A stretch of 64,000 nucleotides of DNA from Octopus sinensis (lineage: Eukaryota), in assembly GCF_006345805.1 (NCBI RefSeq), contig NC_043012.1, positions 36,332,001 through 36,396,000 on the forward strand, in the 5' to 3' direction. A model generated the notes under the pieces. It was given only the letters and a program-made list of their open reading frames with translations. It was not told where the DNA came from and made no database searches. The position numbers and the translations under genes are program-made. Below, in pieces: positions 1 through 11,789 of the stretch (positions are counted from its first letter, which is position 1; each line of letters starts with the position of its first letter).

Positions 1-220
1 ACCCACAAGGGGCTAAACATAGAGGGGACAAACAAGGACAGACAAATAGATTAAGTCGATTACATTGACCCCAGTGCATAACTGGTACTTAATTTATCGA
101 CCCCGAAAGGATGAAAGGCAAAGTCGGCCTTGGCGGAATTTGAACTCAGAACATAGAGACAGACGAAATACCGCTAAGCATTTCGCCCAACGTGCTAACG
201 ATTCTGCCAGCTCACCACCC
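1..220 (-). mobile_element. tRNA-derived SINE family B (truncated by window edge)
   Basis: Reverse complement of ggtgagctggcagaatcgttagc...gagttcaaattccgcc...ggggtcgataaattaagtaccag; many further copies in the window. Confidence 0.85.
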
Positions 221-733
221 TTTATTTATTACAGTCATATATATATATATACAATACATTCTCTTTAAACCATTATCTGACATGTGTTTCTACTGCATAG
301 ACATCCTAGGATGTGGCACCCAATAGTGTCCTGTTGGCTCAGTTGCATTATGACTTCATCCAAGATAAACATATCCATGCAGCTTTATTCAAGGTGTTCC
401 TGTCACAAGTCTTTGAAGCAAACTGAATTAGAAGGAATGTTGATTGTAATTAATTATTACAAACATAATGCAGAAACACCTGGAAGACTGTGGATAGCCA
501 AGAAAATAGAAATAAAACCTTAAAAGCTATTCTTTCTGTGCATCCTGGTGCCATTTATGTGTGGTCTGGAACGGGTCCGCATTCCTGTTGGTTGGTGCCC
601 CCTGTTCTGTGTTACACCATTATAATGTCCTTGTGAAGTGACATGCTACCTACTTTTATCTTGCAAAACACTAACATAAATGTAAATCTTGTTCTGTCTC
701 GGCTGATGATGAAGTTTATTTGTTTTGTTACAG

Positions 734-838
734 GGTTATGTTTTAAAAACTGGCAAGCCCACAGACCCTTGCGGCTATTTCGAAGTTTTCCTCAACCGGT
801 ATAAACAAGTTGAAACCATCATTTGTCTTAGAAAGGAA
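734..838 (+). CDS. CFAP61: CFAP61 internal coding exon (GYVLKTGKPTDPCGYFEVFLNRYKQVETIICLRKE)
   Basis: cag acceptor 731-733 and gtaagt donor at 839; 105 nt, phase 0/0. Peptide resembles the recalled vertebrate CFAP61 C-terminal segment (TG...YFRIHINKYKMVETITCLSRE). Confidence 0.85.
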
Positions 839-1531
839 GTAAGTATAATCTCACTTGATATAAGTTGAGATTAATGATGCTATTAACTACACACTACATC
901 TGGTGTTATCTGGGACATTTGGGTTTTCTGGGATTTCTCGATTATCTGAGATATCTGGTACATAATGCACCACCAAGAATTTTACTTTTCAGATGTATGC
1001 ATAAATAAGGCGTGTGGTTAATTAATTCACTTTACAATCACATGGTTCTGGGTTCAATCCCACAGGAAGGTACCTTTGATAAGCATCTTCTACCAGAGCA
1101 CCAATATGACCCAAGTCCTATGAATGTAATTGCATAGAAGACGGAAACTGTAAGGAATCTCATTAGATGAACTCTATCTGTTTTTAGGTCAGAGGCTTAA
1201 TATGGTTCTTGGTTCCTTTTGCAGATTGCCCTCTGATGCAGGGATCATTCAATACATTAATGTACTGATTCTTACAGCAGTAACCTCTAAAACTTTCCCT
1301 ATTAGTCCACAAGTCTCAGAAACCCTGAAAAGGTCAAAGGCCACTGCCTGTTGCTATTTGGATGAAGCACCTTAAAAATACAAAATGTATAGAAAATATT
1401 TTTTAAAAAAACCCTTACCTCTGAGTGTTTCAACTTCATTGATTGAATTCAGAATTGAGTTGTTAACATGGTGGCCTCCCCTCCTTTGTACTTGGTCAAA
1501 GTCTTGAGCTCATCAGCAAAATATATCCTCT

Positions 1532-1819
1532 CCATTTCGCGACCGTTGCCAGCGCCGCCCCGACTGGCCTTGTGCCGGTGGCACGTAAAAAGCACCATCC
1601 GTTCGTGGCCGTTTGCCAGCTCTGTCTGGCACCTGTGCGGGTGGCACGTAAAAAGCACCCACTACACTCACGGAGTGGTTGGCGTTAGGAAGGGCATCCA
1701 GCCGTAGAAACACTGCCAGATTTGACTGGGCCTGATGAAGCCTTCTGGCTTCACAGACCCCAGTAGAACCGTCCAACCCATGCTAGCATGGAAAACGGAC
1801 GCTAAACGATGATGATGAT
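1532..1819 (+). mobile_element. RTE-tailed SINE (family C) with (GAT)n tail
   Basis: ggttggcgttaggaagggcatccagc...cccatgctagcatggaaa...gacg-taaacgatgatg; similar copies near 26040, 29772-30288, 34150, 43850 and 44661-45000. Confidence 0.75.
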
Positions 1820-2155
1820 TGTGTCTTCTCTATAAGTATTTCTATGGCCATTACTCTGATAGACTTTCTCTTTGAGTACCTTCTTTGTTGAGTTTCTTGT
1901 TATAGGGAGCTTCCTGTTGTTGAGCTTCCTTTTGTCTCTTTCTATTCTAATTGCTTCTTCCTTGAACAGTAGCATCTTGTTTTCCTCTGGTCTACAATAT
2001 TCAGCCCTTTTCTCAATTGACATCTTTTGAATTTGTTGTCCCCTTTACCTTTTTTGTCATTCCTTACATTACAGTAATCTCAAGCCTTGTTTGGGACCAA
2101 ATTGTTTTACGAAAAATAGAGAAGAAACTAATTTTTTTTGCCGTATTGGTTTCAG

Positions 2156-2258
2156 CCTTTTGCAGCCAGCAATTTTGTGGAATTGTATGGAGTCCATGAA
2201 TCCATCCTAAACAACATGTTGCAGCGTTATGAGGAAGGCTTAATAAGGATTTCTTCTG
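2156..2258 (+). CDS. CFAP61: CFAP61 internal coding exon (PFAASNFVELYGVHESILNNMLQRYEEGLI...), 1 nt short of the frame needed by the next exon
   Basis: ttcag acceptor and gtgagt donor at 2259. Matches recalled CFAP61 PFPASNYIRLFGQHEQLLNNLCARYDENLI. 103 nt ends in phase 1, but the next exon needs phase 2. Confidence 0.85.
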
Positions 2259-2530
2259 GTGAGTTTCTTCTATATTCTGTGTGTGTGTGTGTCTTTGTGT
2301 CTGTGTTTGTCCCCCCCCATCCCATCATTGCTTGACAACTGATGTTGGTGTGTTTATGTCCCCGTAACTTAGCGGTCTGGCAAAAAGAGACCGATAGAAT
2401 AAATCCTGGGGTTGATTTCTTCAACTAAAAGGCAGTGCTCCAGCATGGCCACAATCAAATGACTGAAACCAGTAAAAGAGGTGTTGATGTGGAATGTCTT
2501 GTCACAGACGATACTATACAATGTGGGTGA

Positions 2531-2844
2531 AGGCACATGGCTTAGTGGTTAGGGTATTCGGCTCCCAGTCATAAGGTTGTGAGTTCAGTTCCCAGTGGTG
2601 TGTTGAGTCTTTGAGCAAGACACTTCATTTCACATTACAGTAAGTAATACTGTAAGTAACCACAGCTGGCAAAAATGAGTTGCACTTGTAATTTCAAAGG
2701 GGCCAGTTTAGTCATAGTCTGTGTCCTGCTGAATCCCCCTGAGAACTGTGTTAAGGATACATGTTTCTGTGGAATACTCAACCCCTTTCACTTTAATTTC
2801 ACAAGCAGGGTGTTCCTATTGACTGGATCAACTGAAGCCCTTGT
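2531..2844 (+). mobile_element. tRNA-derived SINE family D
   Basis: A box tggcttagtgg, B box gagttcagttccc, central gtctttgagcaagacactt domain; related copies at about 5040-5262, 5450-5760, 51603-51955 and 56205-56495. Confidence 0.75.
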
Positions 2845-2859
2845 GTTACTCAATATAAT

Positions 2860-3360
2860 CAGCCTTGCCTATGCGCCTCCTACACTTCCCTTAATTCTTA
2901 TACTTATTGCTGCCTATACATTAACCTATACATTTTTATCTGCCTATGCTCCAACTTATAAATTACATCTAAGTAAACACCAACCTGTAATTTTTTCTGC
3001 TTACCAAGCCGTATATTATATTTGCCTATATATCTGTCTATACACAACTTATAAATTACGTCTGCCTATAAATCAATTTAGATCTTATATCTGCCTATGC
3101 TCCAACTTATAAATTTTATCTGCCTACCAAGCTGTATACTAAATCTGCCTATACACAACCCATAAATTATAACCCATGCTAGCATGGAAAGCGGACGTTA
3201 AACGACGATGATGATGATGATGATGATGATGATTTGTCTATAAATCAATTTATATATTATATCTGACTATACACAACCTATAAACTATGCCCACCTATAC
3301 ACCAGCCTATAATTTTACATCTGCCTATACACCAACCTATAAATTTTACCTTCCTATACA
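2860..3360. repeat. Minisatellite (about 22-33-bp ctgcctatacaccaacctataaatt units) with a SINE-C tail inserted at about 3172-3232
   Basis: About 15 degenerate units read by eye. Confidence 0.85.
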
Positions 3361-3368
3361 CCATCTAG

Positions 3369-3459
3369 TTTCTTCATGGAACCGTACTGTCTGCCAATCT
3401 ACCATGATCGTTTTAAAGACATACGACAAGAAATCCGTCAAGTAATTTTGGACGAGAAG
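3369..3459 (+). CDS. CFAP61: CFAP61 internal coding exon (FFMEPYCLPIYHDRFKDIRQEIRQVILDEK)
   Basis: tag acceptor 3366-3368 and gtacgt donor at 3460; 91 nt = 1+90. Matches recalled YFTEPWCLALFHDRFIDLRKELRQIL. Confidence 0.85.
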
Positions 3460-4163
3460 GTACGTTAAAGCCATTCTTTCTACTAAATCTATGTGTTTTT
3501 TTCTTCTACCAACCTTTAAACATTTGGTTCTACATCAGTTAGAAACAAGCAAAAGATAAAAGATTATGTAGATTTGAGGGCCAAGACAATTCTCACTGAT
3601 TCAGTCTATTTAACTATAAATAGGTACAATGAGAAGGTGTGCTCACTAGCATAAAGAACAAGTGCAAAATTGGATTATCAATTATTTCGTCTTTATTGGA
3701 CTATTTACCACAAATTACCTCAGAGACATCTAAATATTCTGGAGACTGTTCACTCTGTCAGCTGCTGTTGAACTAAAGACAGTTGCTTGTTTATCCAAAG
3801 AATATATGGCAGTTGTTGATGTTACATGTGGTTGGTAGATAAGACAACCAGGAATGGATATAACTTGTGTGTATATATATGGTGTCTACCGTATACAGAC
3901 TGTGTGTTTAGTGTTACTGTGTATTGTGTGTGTGTGTGTGCATGTGTGTGTGTTATCGTGTAGAATTTGTGTGTTGACTATGTGTGGATATGTAATATCT
4001 TATGCTGTGAACTGTGTACTGGGTATATATAATGTATATTGCTTACTGTATACAGTGTGTATAGCATATATTGTGTATTGTATACTGGGTGTATATAATG
4101 ATGTCTACTGTATTCAGTGTATGTGTGTGTGTGTATAATATTATATATTGTTTATGAATGCAG

Positions 4164-4229
4164 GCAATGTGCAATATTAATGCAGAACTGAGAGAAATGC
4201 TGCAAGATTCCGATGGTGTAGCAGAAATG
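4164..4229 (+). CDS. CFAP61: CFAP61 penultimate coding exon (AMCNINAELREMLQDSDGVAEM)
   Basis: gaatgcag acceptor and gtaagt donor at 4230; 66 nt, phase 0/0 bridges the neighbouring exons. Sequence similarity is weak, so the call rests on phase and length. Confidence 0.65.
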
Positions 4230-6176
4230 GTAAGTAAATATTTCCATGCTCTCCATGGGTCAGTAAGCCAGATGGCTTTAGGCATTTGGGGGTTGTTGGT
4301 CAAAATGAGGGTCATCTTATAATCCTTCAGTCATAAGTTCAAACCTTACATATCGACATATCTTAATTTCTCTACCATGTCCACTGTATGGCTAAAGTAG
4401 TCAGAGTGACCGATTTGTAATGTGGTCACCAACATGATGGCCTTCTAGTTTGGTCAGTATTGGGATTAACTTGAAATTTAATCACTGTTTTGATGGACAT
4501 GGTGTGTGGTCAGTATAAGGTCAGTAGCGAGCTGCCAGAACCATTTGCACACTGAGCAATATTCTTAGCATCATTTCATCTGTTTTTACATTCTGAGTTC
4601 AAATTCCACCAAGGTTGATTTTGACTTTCATCTTTTTAGGGTTGATGACTTAGGTATCAGTTGAGCACTAGGGGTGATTCATTCCACTTACACCCCCCCC
4701 CTCGAAATTGCTGGCCTCGTGCCTAAATTTAAATCAATTATTTGCATAGATACGGAGTGTGGTCACTATTGTGAGGAACTTCTGTTGAAGTGGACTTGTA
4801 GTGTGGTCAGTATTAGGATGACCATGTAGTTATTGTGCTCATTGCTGTGGTGTTGTAATGACAGTATTGTAGTGTCTGTAACAGTGCTGTAGTGGTGTTT
4901 TAGTGCTGTAGTGGCTTTAGCAACAAGTGGTGTTGTGGTGTCTATAGTGATTTTGTAACAGCACTGTATAAAGTTTTGTAGTGGTATTGCAGTGGCTCTA
5001 GCAATGGTGTAGTGCTACTTTAGTGTCTAATATCAATCATAATGTACGACTTCCTACACGGTCCCTCAAACGCTGGGCCCCACTATCACTCTATCAGTTA
5101 CGACGACCAGTATTCCAGTTGATCTGATCAATGGAACAGCTTGCTCATGAAATCTATGTGCAAGTGGCTGAGTACTCCACAGGCACATGTACCCTTAACT
5201 TAGTTCTCAGAGCAGTTCAGCATGACACAGAATGTGACAAGGCTGGCCCCTTTGAATTACAGAGCTGGCTTTATGCTAGGAGACAAGGCATTGAAGTAGG
5301 AGAGAAGGGGCCAGAGCCAAGCAGGTTTTTTGGCTTAGAGGGGCCACATGGCTACTTTAAACTTTAGAAGAGAGGGTGGCAGTGATCAGGGTGGAGCAGG
5401 GAAGAGATAAAAATGGCTGTACTGAAGACATGTGAGTGGACCCTCAATGTACTCCGTTGGTTATGGTGACGAGGGTTCCAGTCGATCCAATCAATGGAAC
5501 AGTCTGGTCATGAAATTAAGGTGCAAGTGGCTGAGCACTCCACAGACACCTGTACCCTTAAAGTAGTTCTCAGGGAGATTGAGCGTGACACAGAATGCAA
5601 CAAGGCTGGCCCCCAGTGAATTACAGGTACAACTCCTTTTTGCCAGCTGAGTGGACTGAAGCAATGGGAAATAAAGTGTCTTGCCCAAGGACACAATGTG
5701 TCACTGGGAATTGAACTCACAACCCTAAGATCTTGAGCTGAATACTAATAACCACTAAGCTACGTAGTTTCCTTGGGCCTCACTGTCACCAAGGATTTCT
5801 CCTGGTAAAAGCACATCCTTAGCATCATAATGATGATGATGATGATGATGATAACCTTTGATATGGTTGAGCAACCATTCCCAACAAAGTGGAACAAAGC
5901 ACCAAAATACCTTCCACCTTATTCTTCGTAGCAGAGCAGGGATCAAGAAGAAAAAGAAGGAGAGAATTCCTCCTATGTTAATATACTAAATGAAGCGTCC
6001 TGGTGCCTGCCTCACCATCTTGTGTGCATTACTGTACTTCCACACTGTAGATTCTCTATTACACATGTGGCAGCTACGGTGGGAAAAAAAAATGCTTTCC
6101 TAAAGAGGATTAATAAGACTGACACATGTCTGGAGTTGTCACCCTTACTGACCATTTATCAGATTTACACATTTTG

Positions 6177-6810
6177 ACTCTTCTACTCTTCTACTTGTTT
6201 CAGTCATTTGACTGTGGCCATGCTGGAGCACCACCTTTAGTCGAGCAAATCGACCCCGGGACTTATTCTTTGTAATCCCAGTACTTATTCTATTGGTCTC
6301 TTTTGCCGAACCGCTAAGTGACGGGGACGTAAACACGCCAGCATCGGTTGTCAAGCAATGCTAGGGGGACAAACACAGACACACAAACACACATATATAT
6401 ATACATACATATAGGCGGTGAGCTGGCAGAAACGTTAGCACGCTGGGCGAAATGCGTAGCCGTATTTCGTCTGCCGTTACGTTCTGAGTTCAAATTCTGC
6501 CGAGGTCGACTTTGCCTTTCATCCTTTCGGGGTCGATAAATAAAGTACCAGTTACGCACTGGGGTCGATGTAATCGACTTAATCCCTTTGTCTGTCCTTG
6601 TCTGTCCCCTCTATGGGCAGTAAAGAAATATATATATATATATACACATATACGACAGGCTTCTTTCAGTTTCCGTCTACCAAATCCACTCACAAGGCAT
6701 TGGTCGGCCCGGAGCTATAGCAGAAAACACTTGCCCAAGATGCCACACTGTGGGACTGAACCCAGAACCATGTGGTTGGTTAGCAAGCTACTTACCACAC
6801 AGCCACTCCT
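6177..6810 (-). mobile_element. tRNA-derived SINE family A, containing a nested family B copy
   Basis: Head aggagtggctgtgtggtaag...ggttcagtcccac, accttgggcaagt core, (AAAGAGT)-like tail. About 15 other copies, e.g. 24250-24600, 26680-26990, 27585-27915, 30455-30780, 40760-41125, 46030-46400, 49240-49645, 52650-53010, 60855-61660. Confidence 0.88.
6414..6630 (+). mobile_element. SINE family B nested in the (CA/TA)n spacer of a family A SINE
   Basis: Full head-to-tail copy between two (TA)-rich halves of the host spacer. Confidence 0.88.
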
Positions 6811-7568
6811 GTTTAAGATTACAAAGTTACTTCCCCTACATGTTTTTTGTAGATTTATGTATTGGTTCAATGTGTACTTCTCTTCCATGCAATTAAAATA
6901 TTGATTAATTAAATATGTTAGAGGTTACTTAGATAATTTATCTGTTAATTCTGCCAAATGTGGGTTAGCCTGTTATGTATGAATGAGGCTTTTAAGTCCA
7001 TCTGTTATGTATGAATGAGGCTTTTAAGTCCATCTGTTACCTCATTTCTCTTGAAATACACTGTTTTCATTTCAGTTAATTTTAAAATATTGAAGTATTT
7101 CGTAAAATAACTTTGTCATAATTAAGCTGGTGTTTGGAACATTAATTAACATGGAATTTTGAAAGTAGGTTTTCATTTAAAACGCTTTTGTTGTATTTCT
7201 GTTGAAATACATGGTTTCTTTTGTTTGAATTAGTTTTTAAAATAATCAACAATTTGATAAAATAATTTTGTTGTTATTAAACTGGTTTTTGGAACTCAAG
7301 AAAAAGAAAAGAAGAAATTTTGACAGAAGCTTTTAATTTAGATCACTTTAACCCTTTTGTTACCATACAGCTGTTGAAATACTCTGCATTTGTTTCAACC
7401 AGTCTTGAAAATAAGGAATTTAGTAAAATGGCTTTGTTGTTATAAAACCTGCAGTTTGAAACATAAATGAACATGACATTTTGATAGAAGGTTTTACCTT
7501 AGATTAATTTTCGAAAGTGGAAGTCCCTTATCAAAGCACCAAGTCTAACCTGTTTATTCCTTTGTCAC

Positions 7569-8367
7569 TTATGTAAACAGCTGAGCCAACAAAAATGCTG
7601 CTACATGGTTGATCAACCTAGTAGAAATAGCAACCAAATTTCCCTCAAATCATGCTCTACTGTCTTTTAAAAAGAGGAAAGAATATTGGATAATGATGTC
7701 TGAATGAAATGTGAATAAAGCAAAATATAACTGGATGGCCATGGCTGTTATATTTTTGATCATAGGTCTGCTTGATGAAGGTTAGCTTGGGGTTAGACTT
7801 GGGTCAGTTGGTATTGAAAACGGTACGATATAATCTACCATTTTTCCAGAAAAGGGTCCCTCCCCATTAACCCAAAATATAAACTATCCAGAAGTTCGAT
7901 ATGGTCTAAATGTACAAATCGTTTCTGTTTTATTTTCCAGTTTCCGAAAGCTGATCTCTCAGATCTAATTGATAGATACATGCAGACAAATGCTCCGCGC
8001 CGTCTCGTCGAACACCATGTACTCGCTTACCTCTACTACAATTATTATCATCTACCAATGTTTGCAAAACCTGGATGTATTTAACCATTTAAGCCATTCT
8101 TCATCTATGAATCTCTCTCACACACACATGCATATATATATGTATATATATATATATATAATATATATATGTTATGCATTTCAGTAGCTTACAGTTGTTT
8201 CTGCTATAAGATGCAATGCACTCATAAGATGCAATGCACTCATATGAGTGCATGCACTCATATTATATATATATATATATTATATATATATATATAATAT
8301 ATATATATATATATTATATATATATATATATTATATATATATTATATATATATTATATATATATATA

Positions 8368-8403
<36 letters not shown>

Positions 8404-8747
8404 ATATATATATACTTTTCTTTATCCTTTTTCTGGTGTTCTCATACTGCAAACTTCTATTTAAGCACAGCTATATTATATGAAGAAAGATTAAAATATT
8501 TTGATTCCATTGAAGTTTATTTATGTAAACAGCTGAGCCAACAAGAATGCTGCTACATGGTTGATCAACCTAGTAGAAATAGCAACCAAATTTCCCTCAA
8601 ATCATGCTCTACTGTCTTTTAAAAAGCGGAAAGAATATTGTATAATGATGTCTGAATAAAATGTGAATAAAGCAAAATATAACTGGATGGTCGTGGCTGT
8701 TATACTTTTGATCATAGGTCTGCTTGATGGAGGTTAGCTTGGGGTTA
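7569..8747 (+). repeat. Pair of 227-bp direct repeats (7569-7795 and 8521-8747)
   Basis: Constant 952-bp offset; about 8 substitutions counted by eye. Confidence 0.9.
7941..8084 (+). CDS. CFAP61: CFAP61 terminal coding exon (FPKADLSDL...YLYYNYYHLPMFAKPGCI*)
   Basis: tattttccag acceptor and TAA 8082-8084. C-terminus matches recalled CFAP61 end YLHYNRYHLPMYAWPGIV. Confidence 0.88.
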   Translation, partial: FPKADLSDLIDRYMQTNAPRRLVEHHVLAYLYYNYYHLPMFAKPGCI

Positions 8748-9487
8748 AACAAGTGTTTCTCTAAATGGTAACGGGTGACAGGAAATTTCGCCATAAGCAT
8801 TTTTGCTGTAGGAAAATTCACTGTAAGAAATTTTGTTTTAGATGACCTCATTATGTTTTTTTTATATTTGACATTGAAGAAAGATTTGCCTATTTTATGC
8901 TTTTATAAAGTTTTTGTTTTTTATTTTTAAAAATGCTGATATAATCTGCTTCATCAGTGTCCTTATGGTGAGTTTGTCTTATGGCAAATTTCCTGTAGTG
9001 ACTTTTCTGGACACAGATGGTAGTGAGGCTGGAGGAGTGGAAAGTGACATCACATTCAACATAGAGAGAGAGAAAGCAAGAGGTTAGACAGAGAAAAAAA
9101 ATTGCCCCTTGGTCAAGCAGCATCTGTTACAGCCCTGGATCAACCAAAGCTTTGTGAGTGAATTTGTGAGATGGAAAACTGCATGGAAGCTCATCATAAA
9201 TATATCATGATGATAACAATGATGATGTTGATGATGATGATGATGATGATGATATACACATCTGTGTGTTTGTGTGTTTGTGTCCCTTTCATATCATGCG
9301 ACAGTTGTAAATGAGTGTCGCTATGATACAAGCAATGTCATTCATTTCCAATGTTCTGTAAAAACATGTCTGGCCACGGGGAAATATTGCCTTGCTTGGA
9401 AACAGGCAATGATCAGCAACAAGAAGGGTATCCAGCTGCAGAAAACCTGTTGATGATGATGATGATGATGATGATAACAATGATATA

Positions 9488-10341
9488 TGAGGTGGTATCA
9501 AATGGTTCCCAAACTAGTTAGGTTTAGTAAAAAGTAACTTAGCTAAGTTTTAACATGATCTCCTTCAAAATAGTCACCTTGCACACCAATACACCCATCC
9601 CAGCATTCCTGCCACTTTTGGAATCTGGCCAAGAAGTTGTTTTTCGTAAGCAAGTTGAGGACTCTGGATTTGCATTTCCATCTTAGGGAAGTGATGGAAA
9701 TCTGCAGGTGCTAAATCTGGTAAATAGAGCAGGTGTGGAAGTGATATCATGTTGGTTTTGGCAAGAAATACACGAGTCAGGAGAGCTCAGTGACAGGATG
9801 CATTATTGTCTTGAAGAATCCAATTCTTCGTGCTGCACAGATCTGCTCACTTTCACCAGATGTTCCTCCTGGAATACTTCAAAACATGGCAGCAAAACTC
9901 TTAATTGACAATCTGGCCCTGGGAAAAATTTTCGATGTACAATACCACATTTCCATGGATGATGCTTGTGGCAGGACTTCCAGATCGCTCGTCTTCTGGG
10001 AACATTCTTCTACTTTTGAAGCACCCATGCCACTTCAAACAGTGTGAATGATCCATTGCCGTAAGTTTGCCAAAGATTGTTCAATGTCTGTGTAGCAGAC
10101 TTCCCAAGTTTAATGCAAAACTTCACATTGGCTCTTTGTTCCTGTCCATGGCAAAACCACAGACTACAGCATACACCCGATCACAAAAACACAAATTTCA
10201 CAATTTGCAAAATAACCACAGTGATGTCGCCTGGCACACTGCCTCATGAAGGTCACTGGGAGCTCTCACTGCACCCTAGACCATCTGCTGCCATCTGTTG
10301 AGCTACAAAAATTAGTCTGGGAATGTTTTTATACCACCTCG
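9488..10341 (-). mobile_element. Internally deleted, decayed mariner DNA transposon
   Basis: TA-flanked ~30-bp TIRs ((c/t)gaggtggtat-aaa...ttccca-acta). Minus strand encodes WILQDNNASCH*ALLTRVFLAKTNMISLPHLLYLPDLAPADF, the decayed HDNA...YSPDLAP motif. Confidence 0.88.
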
Positions 10342-10939
10342 TATGTATAAATGTGTGTGTATTTTTGTTGTTTGTTGTCCCCTATACACAGTCATTGAAC
10401 AACTGATGTTGGTTTGTTTAGATCTTTTCTTAGTGATTTGTTCAACTGAACCTTCAAGGTGGACCCTCAGCAGGGCTACTGTCCAATAACTGAAATGAGT
10501 AAAAGAAGAAACAATTTCGGGGTTGCTCAACCCGCAAGAAATAGCTGTCAAATCTCCCTCAAATCACATACCACAATATTAAAAACAGAACGATACACAT
10601 ATATTTGCGTGTCTGTGTTTGACCCCCCCAACATCGCTTAACAACCGATGCTGATGTGTTTACATCCCAGTAACTTAGTGGTTCGGCAAAAGAGACCGAT
10701 AGAATAAGTACTAGGCTTACAATGATTTGCTCGACTAAAGGCAGTGCTCCAGCATGGCCACAGTCGAATGACTGAAACAAGTAAAAGAGAGAGTATTATT
10801 AATGTAGTTGTCATCCAGACAAGTGGAGGTAGTCATGGCTGGAAGGCCTTTGATCATAAATCTGCTCAGTCAAGGTTGACCTTGACTTTGAGTTGAACAA
10901 CAACAACGTTGCCATTTTCAGCAATACTTCTACTGCAAC

Positions 10940-11240
10940 CAATACCCCTGCCTCCACCACACCACCACTACCACTCCCACCACATTTACCACAATCGCCT
11001 CCCCCCATCGCTGCCACTACCACCATTCCCCCACCCTCAACACTACCCCTATCACTAACATTACTATCTCTACTGCCACCACCACCACCCCTTCCACCAC
11101 ATTTACACCAAACTCCTCCCCTGTCACTGCCACCACCACCATTCCCACCCCCACCCCACTACCCCTGTCACTAACATTATTAACCCTACCACCATCACTA
11201 ATTTTACTACTGTTACTACTGCCATTGCTGCCACCACCCT
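10940..11240. repeat. CCA/ACT-rich low-complexity tract with an internal ~120-bp duplication
   Basis: ccaccacattta... and actacccct.tcactaacattac each occur twice. Confidence 0.7.
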
Positions 11241-11789
11241 CATAATTCAAACATTGTTTAATACCGTGGAAACAATATCACAGGTAAATACAGACAACAC
11301 AACCTACATTCACTTCATATCTCCTTTATCTGGCAGATAAAGATAGTCTTTCCCACAAATTCTCAAACTTCTCTTTGTCTTTGTATATCCTATTCCAACA
11401 ATACATAGACTTTTTTTTTCTTCTTTAATGATAAAATAAGAAGGTTTAAAATGAAGGAAAAGACATTGATATCAGACTATGAAACCAAGAAAGGGTTAAT
11501 AATAATAATAATAATAATTAATTCTTTTTATTGACCACAAGGGCTGACACACATGATTACTAAACATAAAGGGACAAAACAGGGCGAAAGGTTACAAAGG
11601 GTTTTGTCCGTTTGTGAAAAAATCTGAGTAAAAACTGTTTAACAACGAAAGATTATAACAATGAAAAAAACTCCCAATAGGGGGAGGCGCTTCGAAAGGT
11701 TCCTGGTGGAAAAAACCCCATAAAAGCCAACGGGAGCCTGGTCAAAGGGGGGGGGGTATAATAATAATAATAATAATGAAATTATTGTA

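Noticed and set aside
1732-1765. CUGAUGA followed by AGCC/GGCU hairpin, hammerhead-like
   Set aside because: No GAAA after the stem. It lies in an RTE-tailed SINE whose other copies read cctggtgcagcc here, so it is a chance variant.
6971-7039. Perfect 32-bp tandem duplication
   Set aside because: Ordinary slippage duplication in an intron with no further structure.
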